Position numbers and translations under genes: made by a program. Shown here piece by piece: positions 30,101 to 42,479 of a stretch of DNA of 64,000 nt. The stretch is from the human T2T-CHM13v2.0 reference genome, Homo sapiens. The DNA is taken from assembly GCF_009914755.1 (NCBI RefSeq), contig NC_060929.1; one strand, written 5' to 3'. Numbering within the stretch: the first letter of the stretch is position 1; the number at the start of each line of letters is the position of its first letter. The notes below the pieces were generated by a model, which saw only the letters and a list, made by a program, of their open reading frames with translations, was not told the DNA's origin and searched no databases.

Positions 30101-30462
30101 AATATTGTCCATGAAGATCTACCTCATCATTAAAAAATACTTTTTTGTTAGTTTATGTATAGGTTACCTTGTGAGAATTTTTTTCATATTCTGTCAATTT
30201 CTGCCTTTCTATGTATTTGGAACTACTGGATTGAGGGCATGTGTGCAGATTTTTTATACATTTCTTGTTAATTATTTCTTTTACATTAATGTAGCAATCC
30301 TCTTTTTTATACAGCATAAATGTAGGCAATTTTTGTTAGTTTAAAATAAACTAATTAATTAAAAAGAATTATCTCCAAGATATTCTATCTTGTAGCCATT
30401 GAAAATGTTTTGGTATGGCTGCCTCCTGTGTTTTTCTTATGCAAAAGGATGTGAATGTGTAC

Positions 30463-30866
30463 TTTTTTTTTCTTTTTCAACTTTTATTTTTGAATCGGGG
30501 TAATATGCACATTTGCTGTAAAGCTATATTGTGTGGTGCTGAGATTCAGGGTATGACTGAAACTGTCAACTGGCTAGTGTGCATATAACCCAACAGGTAG
30601 TTTTTCAGCCCTGCCTCCCTCCAACACTGCCCCCTCTAGTAGTCTCTGATACCTGTCGTTCCCATTTTTATGTCCATGTGTACTTAATGTTTAATTCCCG
30701 TTTATAAGGGAGAATATGTATGGAGTATTTGGTTTTCCGTTTGTGTTAGCTGACTTAGGATAATGGCATCCAGCAGCATCAATGTTGCTGCAAAAGACAT
30801 GATTTCAATCTCTTTATGGCTGTGTAGTATTCTATGGTGTTTATATGCCACATTTTTTTATCCAAT
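30463..30866 (-). mobile_element. L1PA16/L1PB-type 3' end fragment
   Basis: Poly-T followed by 'caacttttatt...cccaacaggtagtttttcagccc...gttgctgcaaaagacatgatttc'. Confidence 0.85.
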
Positions 30867-32594
30867 ACCCAGCAGTCTTCTTTGTTCTTATTAATGCTTT
30901 TGGCTTTAAAATCAATTTAATTTGGTATTAATGTAATTAAGTTAGCTTACTTTGTTAGAATTTTTTGTTCATCTTTTTAATTAATCTTAATTTCTTTATA
31001 TTATAGGTTTGCCTTTAAAATCAGAGTGTAGCTTTTTGGAAAGTCTGAGAATATATTTCATGGGATTTTTTGTTCAAACTTGCTGTTCTTGTAATATGTT
31101 TAGTCTCATTACTATGATTATATTTTGTGCATTCTACCTATTATTGTCTTGCTTTGCTGCTTTTTTTCTGATTTTTTTCTTTCTCTCTTGCCTTCTGGTT
31201 GACAGATAAAACTTTCTATGCTATGCTTTTTCCTATTGTAATTTGGAAGCCATGTGGGCTGATTCCTTCCTTCCTACCCCAGCTTTAAATTCAAAACCAT
31301 TGCATAAGTCGTACATAAAAATGTAACCATGTAAAATATTTGAGTCTAAACTTATAAATTTTGCATTCTCCCTAAAGAAAAAATTTCTATTACTGTGGTG
31401 GATTTCTTTAAATTTTGAATATAGTTACTGAAATATTAATTCTTTCAATTAAATTTATATTTACTCACTGGTTCCTTCCCCTTCTTTAAGGAGACAGAAA
31501 ACATTAACACTTTTTAACCTCTCATTTGTTTAAAAATTTATTGACCTCTCCTCTGAGACAGTTTGTATTCCTAGATCTCTTTAAACATAAATATGCTTAT
31601 TTTCAAGTTTTTGTCACAGTATTCTAAAACATCTTTACTTGGAGTGACTTTTTGTTTCACTTACTGATTTTGTTGCCTAGATTAGCATTCAATTTCTTAA
31701 CATGTATTATCGTTTTCTGAGTTTATTTTTGCTTGTGTTTTTCTCACTCACTGTTTACCTTTCCCCATCTAGTGATTAGTGGTTGCCTTGACCTGGCCTC
31801 TAGCCCAGCGTCTTTCAGTTTAGAACCAAGTCTTTCCCCATGTATTATTGCTGACATAGTCCAACCAGTGACTCAGATCTTAGGTAGATGGGTCAATTTC
31901 CTCTTTCTGGTTTGTAAGGAGCTCCTGATATTCTCTAACCCTATGCCCACAGGACCATATAAAATTCATGTCAAGGTTTGCAACAGATTTTCTTCAGCCT
32001 TCACCTGTGAATGACTCAAATCCTCTGTATAGTTTTAAGCCCTTTAAGTTTCTGTTTAAAAATTCCAGAGTTTTATGTACATCTAGGTGCACTTCTGAAG
32101 CATAACACTTCTGATTAAGTTCGGCTCATCAATTATCTTTTCTGTTATGATTCCATTTCAGGGAAATGCTCTTCGTTTTGTAGCCCAGCTCCATTTTTGT
32201 TTAATTTTTTTTTCTGTTTATGTTTTATCAATCATATTATCTACTATGTTTGTAGGAGAATGGGTTGTACTAAGAGATGCCATTCTATGCCAATTTGACT
32301 AGAATGTCTCCTTTTTTGTTTAAGCCCCTTTGACTTATCTTTTTTGTTTAACCCCAAAGACTTTAAACTGATACAATATGTATACCTTCTCATATTTTAA
32401 AAACTTTCTCAAGGTGTTTTTAGTTTTGTCCTTTATTTATTGCTCCAACAACGCATAATGATAATTGGGATTATTTCAATAGTTCAGAAATTTGCAAACT
32501 GAATAGAGAATATGAGACCTGCTAAGAGCAGCATGTAAGAGGTAGCAGGGCTAAGACTAATGTCTAATGATATAGTTCTTTTTTTCCCAATGAT

Positions 32595-35500
32595 TTTATT
32601 TAATTTTATAATTTCTCTTTCAACTTTTATTGTAGGTTCAGGGGGTAAATATGGAGGTTTTTTATAAGGGAAAATTATGTGTTTCTGGGGTTTGATGTAC
32701 AAATTATTTCATCACCCGGATAGTGAGCCTGGTGCCTTATAGGTAGTTTTCCGGCCCACATCCTATTCTTACCCTCTCTTTGCAAGTAGTCTCAGTGTCT
32801 ACTGTTCCCATCTTTATGTCCATGTAAGCCCAATGTTTATCTTGCACTTACAAGTGAGAACATGAAGTATTTGGTTTTCTGTTCCTGTGTTAATTTGCTT
32901 AGGATAATGGCCTCCAGCTTGCATCCGTGTTGCATCAGAGGTCATGATTTTGTTTTTTATGGCTGTGTTATATTGTATAGTTTATATGTACCACATTTTC
33001 TTTATCCGGCCCACCATTAATGAGCATGTAGGTTGATTCCATGACTTTTCTATTGTGAATAGAGCTGCAATGAATATACAACTGCATATGTCTTTTTGGT
33101 AGAGTTATTTATATTCCTTTCAATATATACCCCATAATGGGATTGCTGGGTCAAAATGGTAATTCTGTTTTATGTTCTTTGAGAAATCTCCAAACTGCTT
33201 TCCACAGTGGCGGAACTAATTTTACCTTCCTGCCAACGTGTATAAGCATTCCCTCTTCTTCACAACCATGCCAACATCTATTATTTTTTGACTTTTTAAT
33301 AACAGCCCTTCTGAGTGGTGGGAGATGATGCTTTCTTGTGGTTTTGATTTGCATTTCTCTGATGATCAGTGATACTGAACTTTTTTATATGCTTGTTGGC
33401 CTTGTGTATGTCTTCTTTTGAGAAATGTCTCTTCATGTCCTTTGCCTATTTTCTTAATGGTGTTTGTTTTGCTTAATTTGTTGAAATTTCTTGTAGATGT
33501 TGATTATTAGACCTTTGTCAGATGCATAGTTTGAAAATATTTTTTCTATTCTATGCGTTGACTGTTTACTCTGTTGATAGTTTCTTTGCTGTGCAGAGGT
33601 TCTTTAGTTTCTTTAAGTCCCACTTACTAATTTTTGTTTTTGTTGCAAATGTTTTTGGATTCTTTCTCATGAAATCTTTGCCAAGTCCTGTGTTTACCAT
33701 GGTGTTTCCTAGGTTTTCTTCTAGAATTTTTATAGTGTGAGGCCTTACATTTAAGTTTTTAATACATTTTAAGTTGATTTTTTTAATGGTGTAAGGAAGG
33801 GGTCCAGTTTCAGTCTTCCACATATGACTAGCCAGTTACCCCAGCACCATTTGTTGAATAGGGAGTTCATTCCTCATTGCTTGTTGTTGTCACCTTTGTC
33901 AAAGGTCAGATGGTTATAGATGAGTGGCTTTATTTCTGGGTTCTGTAACCTGGTCCATTTATCTATGTGTTTGTTTTTGCACCTGTACCATGCTGTTTTA
34001 GTTACTGTAGCCTTGTAATATAGTTCAAAGTCAGGTAGTGTGATGGCCCAGCCTGGTACTTTTTGCTTAGGATTGATTTGGTTTCCCTGGGCTCTTTTTT
34101 GGTTTAATATGAATTTTCTAATAGTTTTTACTAATTCTGTGAAAAATGATGTTGGTATTTTGATAGGAATAACATTGAATCTGTAAATTTACATTGAGTA
34201 ATATGTTTCTTTTAACAATATTGATTCTTTCTATTCATGACCGTGGAATGTTTTTCCATTTGTTTGTTATCTCTGATTCTTTTACTAGTGTTGTGCAATT
34301 CTTGTAGTACAGATCTTTCACTTCCCTGGTTAGTTATATTCCTCAGTATTTTATTCTTTTCATGGCTATTGTAAATGGGATTGCCTTCTTGATTTGGCTC
34401 TCAGCTTGAATGTTATTAGTGTGTAGAAATACTACTGATTTTTTTGTACATTGATTTTGTATTAGGAATCTTTACTGAAGTTGTTTATCAGTTCCAGTAG
34501 CCTTTTGGCAGAGTCTTTAGGATTTTCTAGGTATAGAATTATATCATTAGCAAAGAGAGATAGTTTGACTTCCTCTTTTCCTATTTGAAAGCCATTTATT
34601 TCTTTCTCTTGTCTGATGGCTCTGGCTAGGCCTTCCTGTATTATGCTGAATAGGAGTGATGAGAGTGGCATTCTTGTCTTGTGCTGGTTTTCAAGAAAAA
34701 TGCTTCAGCTTTTGCCCATTGATTATGATGTTGGCTTTGGGTTTGTCATAGGTGACTCTTATTATCATCAAAGGTATGTTCCTTTGATGCCTAATTTGTT
34801 GAGGGTTTTAAACATGCATGGGTGTCAAATTTTATCAATGCCATATCTGAGTCTATTCAGTTGATTATGTGGTTTATATTTTTAGTTCTGTTTGTGTGAT
34901 GAATTACATTTACTGATTTTCGTGTTTCAAACCATCATCGCATCTCAGGGATAAAGCCTACTTAATCATGGTGGATTAGCTTTTTGATGTGCTGTTGCAG
35001 TGAGTTTGCTAGTACTTTGTTGAGGATGTTTGCATCTATGTTCATTAGGAATATTGGCCTGCAGTTTCCTTTTTTGCTGTGTCTTTGCCAAGTTTTAGTA
35101 TCAGAATGATAATGGCTTCATAGAATGAGGTGGGGAGGAGTTCCTTCTCTTTGATTTTTTGGAATAATTTCAGTATAGTTGGAACCAACTCTTCCTTGCC
35201 TGTCTGGTAGAATTTTCTGTGAATTTGTTTGGCCCAGGACATTTCCTGGTTGGTAGGTTTTGTATTACACATGCAATTTGGAACTCGTAATTAGTCTGTT
35301 CAAGATATGAGTTTGTTCCTGTTTTAATCTTGGAAGGTTGTATGTTTATAGAAATTTATCCATTTCTTCTAGATTTTCTAGCTTGTCTGCATTGAGGTGT
35401 TCATATTAGTCTCTGATGGCTTTTTATGTTTCTGAGGGATTAGTGTTAATGTCACCTTTGCCATTTCTGATTATGTTTGTTTGAATCTTCTCTCTTTCTT

Positions 35501-38180
35501 TATCATCCTAGCTAGCAGTCTATCAATCTTGCTTATTCTTTTGAAGAACAAACATTTGGTTTCATTGTTCTGTTATGTGGATATTCTTGTCTCAATTTTA
35601 TTCATTTCAGATCTGATTTTTGTCATTTCTTTACTTCTGCTTGCTTTTGGGTTGGTTTGCTCTTGTTTTTCTAGTTCCTCTAGGTGTGATGTTAGGTTAA
35701 CTTGATAACTTTCTAACTTCTTAATGTAGGGATTTAGTACAATATACTTTCCTCATAACACTGCTTTAGCTGTGTACCAGAGACTCTGGTATGTTGCATC
35801 TTTGTTTTAATTAGTTTCAAATAATTTTTATTTCTGTCTTAATTACTTTTTTTCACAAAAGTAGTTCAGGAGCAGGTTATTTAATTTCAATGTAATTATA
35901 TTGTTTTGAGAGATATTATTGTTATTGATTTCTGTTTTTATTGTGCCGTAGTCTAAGAGTGTTCTTGGGATGATTTTGGTTTTTTTGAATGTGTGGAGAA
36001 TTGCTTTGTGGCTGAGTGTGTGGTCAATCTTAGAGTATATGTCATCTGAAGATAAGAAGAATGTATAATCTGTTGTTGTTGGGTGTAGTATTCTGTAGAT
36101 GTCTGTTAGGTCCATTTGTTCAAATGCTGAGTTTAGGTCCCAAATTTTTTTTTTTTAATTTTTTGCTTCCATGATTTGTCTAACACCGTCAGTGGAGTTT
36201 GAAGTCTCCCATGGTTATTTTGTGGTTATCTAATTCTCTGTAGGTCTCTAAGAACTTGTTTCATGAGTCTAGGTACTCCTGTGGTGGGAGCATATATTTC
36301 TAGGATATGTAAGTCTTCTTTTTGAATTGAACCCTTTATTATTATGTAATATCCTTCCTTGTCCTTTTTTATCATTGACGATGTAGTTTGTTTTGTCTGA
36401 AACAGGAATAGCAACCCCTGTCCTTTTTGTTTTCCATTTGCTTGATAGATCCTTCTCTATCCCTTTATTTTCAGCCTGTAGGGTCACTGCAGATGATATG
36501 GGTCTATTGAAGACAGCATACAGTTGGTCTTGCTTCTTTATTCAACTTGCCACTTGATGCCTTTTGAGTGGAGTTTTTAGTCCATTTCCATTCAAGTTCA
36601 ATATTGGTATGTGAGGATTTGAACCTGTCATCATGTTGTAAGTTGGTTATTATGTAGCCTTGATTGTATAGTTGCTTTATAGTGTCAGTGGGGTATGTAC
36701 TTAAATATGTTTTTGTGGTGGAAGTTTCTGTGTTTAACTCTCCCTTAAGGACCTCTTGTAAGGCAGATCTGGTTGTAAACAATTACCTTAGCATTTACTT
36801 GTCTGAAATGGATTTTATTTCCCCTTCACTTTTGTAGCTTAGTTTGGGTGGATATGAAATTCTTTGTTGGAATGCTTTTTGTTAAGGATGCTGAATATAG
36901 GCTCCCAATCTCTTCTAGCTAGTAAGGTTTCTCCTGAAAAATTCACTGTTAGACTGCTGACATTACCTTTGTATATAACCTGTCCCTTCTCTGTCGCTGC
37001 CTTTAAGATTTTTGTTGTTGTTGTTCACATTGACCTTGGACAATCTGATGACTATATGCATTGGAATGGTTGTCTTGTGTAGTATCTTACAGGCATTCTC
37101 TGAAATTCCTGAATTTGCACGTCAGCCTGTCTAGCAAGGTTAGGGAAATTTTTGTGGTTTTGTGGACAGTATTCTCAAATATGATTTCCAATTTGCTTGC
37201 TGTTTCTCCATCTCTTTCAGGAATCCCAATGAGTTATAGGTGTGGTCTCTTCAGATAATCCTGTATTTCTTGGAGGTTTGTTCATTTCAAAAAATTTTTA
37301 TTTTTTTCTACTTGAGTTGATTCATAGGAGAAGTCTTTGAGATTCTTTCCTCAGCTTAGTATATTAATGCTTCAAATTGCATTATTAAATTCCTATAGTG
37401 AAATTTTTATTTCCACAAGTTCAGTTTGGTTCTTTCTTAAAATGTCTATGTTGTCTTTCAATGCTTGAATTGTTTCACTGATTTCCTTTGATTGGGTTTA
37501 AACTTTGTCCTGTATCTTGTTGAGCTTCCTTGACATCTAGATTGTGAATTCTGTGTTGCCATTTCAGCCATTTCCATCTGGTTAAGAATCATTGCTGCAC
37601 AGCTAGTGTGGTCACGTGGAGGTTAGAAGATACTCTGGATTTTAGAGTTGTCAGAATCATTATGCTGACTCCTTCCCATCTGTGTGGACTGATCTACCTT
37701 TAATCTTTGAAGTTTTTTGGATGGGGCTTTTGGCTTTTATATTCTTTGATGCCCTTTAGGGTTTGATTGTGATATCAGTTGGGTTTAGTTTATTGCTTCA
37801 TTTCTGTATGCTTTCCAGGGCCAAGGCTCAGCTCAGCACTCCTGGGCTGCATGCTCTTACCCTGGCAGGCTAGGACCAGGAATGTAGCTTTGTTTTCTGG
37901 TCCCTGGAGGTCAAGCACCTCCTGCACTTAGTAGGGGGCCATGCATTCACAGTCCATTGGCAACAACACTCCAATGGGGCTGCCAGCAAAAGCACTCCAG
38001 CCAGGCAGTATGTTGTGTTCAGGGGGCTGTGGGCAAGTGCACACCAACAGAGGCAGGGGGGATGCAGGTGAGTGAACAGTGGTGGGGCAGTTGTGGGTGC
38101 ATTTGTGTTGGTGTGGCAGTGGGGCATGTGCATGCTGCATGATGGTGGGACAGTCATGGGCACGTGTGTGCTGGCAAGGG
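32595..38180 (-). mobile_element. Near full-length L1PA15/16-like element (3' UTR, ORF2, ORF1, part of 5' UTR), inactive
   Basis: ORF2p endonuclease and RT fragments (MDLTDIYRILHP...[22 protein letters not shown]), ORF1p C-terminus (FTTRSALQEVLKG), and a GC-rich 5' UTR at ~37800-38180. Confidence 0.93.
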
Positions 38181-38664
38181 TAGAACTTCAAAGAAACTTC
38201 AGAGTTGTTAAGTCTTGACATAATGCCATTTTCTGGTTTCCAGAATGTGCCAGCATCCTTTCTACATATCTCCCAGTACCTACAGGTAACAGGGCAACAG
38301 AGGCTGTGATGGAGCCTCCTCAGGACTCCCAGAGCTGAGGAAACAGAGCAGTAGGCATCCAGTTATATGGCTTTTTGACTATTTGACTTATATAAAAGAA
38401 ATTTCCCACACATTAGTCATTTATATTTCAAATATGTATTTTTTAATCACATTGATTTATCACCTGCATTTTTATATACTTTTTTATATTGACTTTTAAA
38501 TATATTTCTTTGAAAATGAAAATTTTTATTACTGGTTTGGTAAACTAGTTATGTTTTTCTAAGTAATATTAAAATAAATACATAATTATTAATGATTTTT
38601 TTCATTAATCACCTAAAGTCACTTTGGTCATCAGTTGATGCTCTTAGGACAAATGTGATAAACC

Positions 38665-38959
38665 AGCTGAGTGCAGTGGTTCTTGCCTATAATCCCAGCA
38701 TGTTGAGAGGCCAAGATGGGAGAATTACTTGAGACCAGGAGTTAGAGTCAAGCTTGGGCAACATAGTGAGACCTCATCTCTGCAGAAAATGAAAAAAGAA
38801 ATCGGTCAAGCATGGTAGAATATGCCTGTGGTGCCAGCTACTCAGCAGGCTGAGATGGTAGGATCACTTGGGCCACGAAACACAAGGCTACAGTGAGCTA
38901 TGATCACCACTGTACTCCAGCCTGGGAGACAGAGCAAGACCCTTTCTTAAAAAAAAAAA
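38665..38959 (+). mobile_element. Alu (AluJ-like, diverged)
   Basis: 'gggcaacatagtgagacctcatctct', 'ggctacagtgagctatgatc' and poly(A). Confidence 0.92.
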
Positions 38960-40913
38960 TTGGGGTATGCCATACTGTTTCCCTTACCTAATATTATGTA
39001 TTATTGGCTATAGGCATTTAACAATGCAAAGATCCAAATAATTTCCAAAACATGGGCAGTGCTTTTTGGATCCATTTGGAAAAGATCATTTTATTCTATT
39101 AGATTGTTGCATGTAGAAATTTTAAGTATCAGTGAATTTTTTTTTGTAATCGCCTCATTGAAACCTATAAATAGTGGTTCCCAATTCAATTGTTTCAATA
39201 AACTATTTGAGACAGTAAAATGTACCCATAATTTAAAACAACATTGTTCATGTAGGCAGATGTAGAATATATATCTTAGATTTCTTTTTCAAAGAGAGGC
39301 TGTCTTTTTTCCCCTTTTACTGAAAAGTGAAGAGATCTTAGTGTTTGTTTTTTATATACTCTGTTTCACATTCAATGATATGATGTGAAATATGATAACT
39401 ATTTTTATCTTGTCAGCTGTAAATGGAAGAAACTAAAACAAACTTTTTATGTTTTTCTCTTTTGGAGATAAATAGTTTCTTTGAAGATATTTTACTATAT
39501 AAAGAAGATTTCATTTGAGAATTACAGAGATTCATGGGTGCAGATGGAGTTGGCTCCCAGAGTTGTGCTGTGAATATGGATGCTGCAGTAGGGACCCTTG
39601 ATCTATGCTTCATTAGAGTCTTGTAATCATTTCCATGGTTGATCTTGGTTTCAAAATCTTTTCTACCATCTGCTTCACAAGGATAGCAATTTCCTACCAG
39701 AGCTTCTCCACTTCCCAAAGCATACTAAGAAAGATTTTTACTAACTTGAAAAAAAAATCTTATCATTAGGGTTGTTTGTGGTGGTGGTGCTTTTGTTTTC
39801 CTAGAGGTGATAACCATGTGTGTTTGTGTGAGTGTTTCAATTCTGGTAAACTCATTTTTGATAAAACAAGATGAATCTTATATACCTGACACATTCTAAG
39901 ACATTCTCACCCTTCTTTTTTTTAATCTCCCCTTGTAAATAAAGAAATAAATCAATAGTAGCAAACCTTGTATGTAGAGTTCTACTCTTTTATATCTTTG
40001 AATCACGACTTTCTCCAATTTATCCATCCAGTAGATATCAAATCTAGGAGTTGTGATGCTGGAGTCACAGGCATGCAGGCAATGGAAATAATTTGGCTAC
40101 ATGTTCTTGAGCTTCAGCATCTTAAGGTCACAGGAAGAGGGGAGCATATTTTGGTGGAAGCCCTTTCCTTTTGTTTCCTGATAATATACCCAGCACTTAG
40201 TTTTGAATCTTGGTTTATAAGAAATGAAATCCAGAGGTTTCTGATAGCACAAGAATGGAGTAAAATTTTGCCTTCCCTGCATAATATCCATTTTTTTCGT
40301 TGCTCTTGGCCTTTTAAAATGAGCCTAGTCTTGAAGTAAAAAGAGTGTGCTACTTATGTAAAACAGATTTATTAGACTAGGTCCCTGAGCAGATTGATGC
40401 CCCTGAGCTCTTCCTATGTAGGAATGTTGAAACCAGCACTGGTATTCAGAATTTAATTTGATTACATTAGTTTTCAACATAAGAGGCAGAAGTGAATAAT
40501 GCAAAACTATCCAACTAATGCAAACATAAAGACAAAAATATAGACATGTTCACAAGATGATTACTTGTTTACTGCTTAACAGTCCAAATGTTGCAACTAC
40601 TTTAGCAGTTAGAAAAAAAGGCTAGAGTTCTTATTTGTGACTTAATATACCAAATAAATGATTTAAATCTATTCATAACAGGAATTTTTCTATTAGGCTA
40701 GATTTTTTTCTAACTTATTTTCAATTATAGAATTATTTTTCTTTTAAAAAGTGTATTGCAGCAATCATTAGATCTGGTTAACCCCCTAGACGGTGTTTCA
40801 TCTCTCATTGCTTTTTTAAATTCCTGCCATGATCCAGGTTCTATTTGTATTTTGACCTTCGAAAATAAGCTGGGATTAACCTATTTCTGGTGGATTTCTG
40901 GAATATAAACTGA

Positions 40914-40959
40914 GGTCTTCATTTCCTTTATACTTCGGTCTTCATTTCCTTTATACTTC
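40914..40959. repeat. Perfect 23-bp tandem duplication (GGTCTTCATTTCCTTTATACTTC x2)
   Basis: Two identical adjacent copies. Confidence 0.97.
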
Positions 40960-41128
40960 TTTCAGAATCAGAAAGGTGTCCCAAAGAGGGTTTCTCCTGA
41001 TGGTCTTGGTATTCTGTTAAGAAAATTAATCCTTGAAACTCTTCGTATTCAAAAGAGAGCTGATTATTCATCCTAAAATGACCACATCTTCTAAAAACAT
41101 TTTCTTTTATTTCATAAGAAGAGATGTT

Positions 41129-41450
41129 CTTTTTTTTTCAACAACTTTATTCAGATATACTCCCACATACCCTGCAGTTCACTTATTTGTACAATTCAAT
41201 TGTTTTTGGTATATTGCATTATTAATTTTTAAAAATTATGGTTAGATATATATAAGTAAAATTTGACATTTTATTCATTTTTAAATGTACCATTCAGTGG
41301 CATCATTTACATTTACAATGCTGTGCAACCATCATCAGTATCTATTTCCAAACAATTTTTATCACCCCAGACAAAAACTCCATAATCAATAAATAAGGAC
41401 TCCCCACTTCTCTCTCCCTAGAGCCCCTGGTTAGCTCTAACCTACTTTCT
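41129..41450 (-). mobile_element. L1MB-type 3' end fragments (two abutting)
   Basis: 'tttaaatgtaccattcagtggcat...tgtgcaaccatcatc...atttccaaacaatttttatcacccca'. Confidence 0.75.
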
Positions 41451-42344
41451 AAAAAAAAAATTTTTAAAAAAGGAATATTCTTTATTGAGTTGTTTACTTA
41501 GCTTTTCTTTTCAAATTGTTTTGAGATCATTGCCAAATTATTATAGAAACAGAAATGATCTCAAGATGAAGAGCCATTTAGCTAAGATTTTCGACAATGA
41601 AAAGTTTCTCAGTAATATTAAAGTAAAATAATGGCTATCTTATTGAATTATTTTCTTCTTTAGGTGAAATCTGAAACACTTACACATTTTTAAAACATGT
41701 TATTTTGAGAATTTGATATGTGTGAGTGATACTTGCATATAACCTACATTACTCATGCAATGAAAAGACAGAAAAGAAAAATAAACATGTCATTTTTACT
41801 GTCTGGAAATTGTTACTCCATTTTCTTTCCCATTTCTCTGGACTGTTTCTGGAATAATAATAGTCTAAACTTCAAGGAAAGCAGCCACAATGTCAGTTCT
41901 GTTCCCATGGTCCCAGAATTACTTTTTGCACCGCACTTAGCTTTCCAAATTCTCAGGCACCTCCTGAAGTGCTAGTCTCTTTGGTTTTGAGGCTTATCTT
42001 CCTGCTCTGCCTACATTTCATAAATAAGGACGTTTATCTCCAGGCAGTCCTGCCACAGTCTAATCCCAGTTTTGTGTGGCACCCTTCACGGGCCCATTTA
42101 GCACCTATACCGTTATCCTGAAGAGGCAGGTGCAAAAGCATTTCATTTCCTTTTCGGTGGGGGGAAGTATCCTCCATTGCTCTTCATCTGTTTGCTAGTG
42201 CCAGTTGAATAAATTCTCTTGCTCTACAGAAATAACTGGTCCAAAATTAAATACTGCCTGAAAATATTCTCTATCAATACTGTACTCTTTCTTTATTTAG
42301 ACTCTGAATGCCTAATGTCACAACATGGGTTTTTAGTTTTCAGG

Positions 42345-42460
42345 CAATATTAATTTAAATTATACTTAAATTAATATAATTTATTAAATTATATGAATTT
42401 AATAAAGTGTATTTATTAAATAATAAATATTTATTTAAAATAAATAAAACTTAAAGCTAA
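42345..42460. repeat. AT-rich low-complexity tract
   Basis: Almost entirely A and T. Confidence 0.85.
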
Positions 42461-42479
42461 AATTAGTTTCAATACATAC

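Noticed and set aside
37800-38180. GC-rich patch as a CpG-island promoter
   Set aside because: CpG-depleted and contiguous with L1 ORF1; it is the decayed L1 5' UTR.
39968-40339. 123-aa ORF in unique sequence (also 39413-39718)
   Set aside because: Non-ATG start, no recognisable domain, and no convincing splice sites or coding composition.
42345-42460. Inverted repeats in the AT tract
   Set aside because: Expected in near-pure A/T low-complexity sequence.
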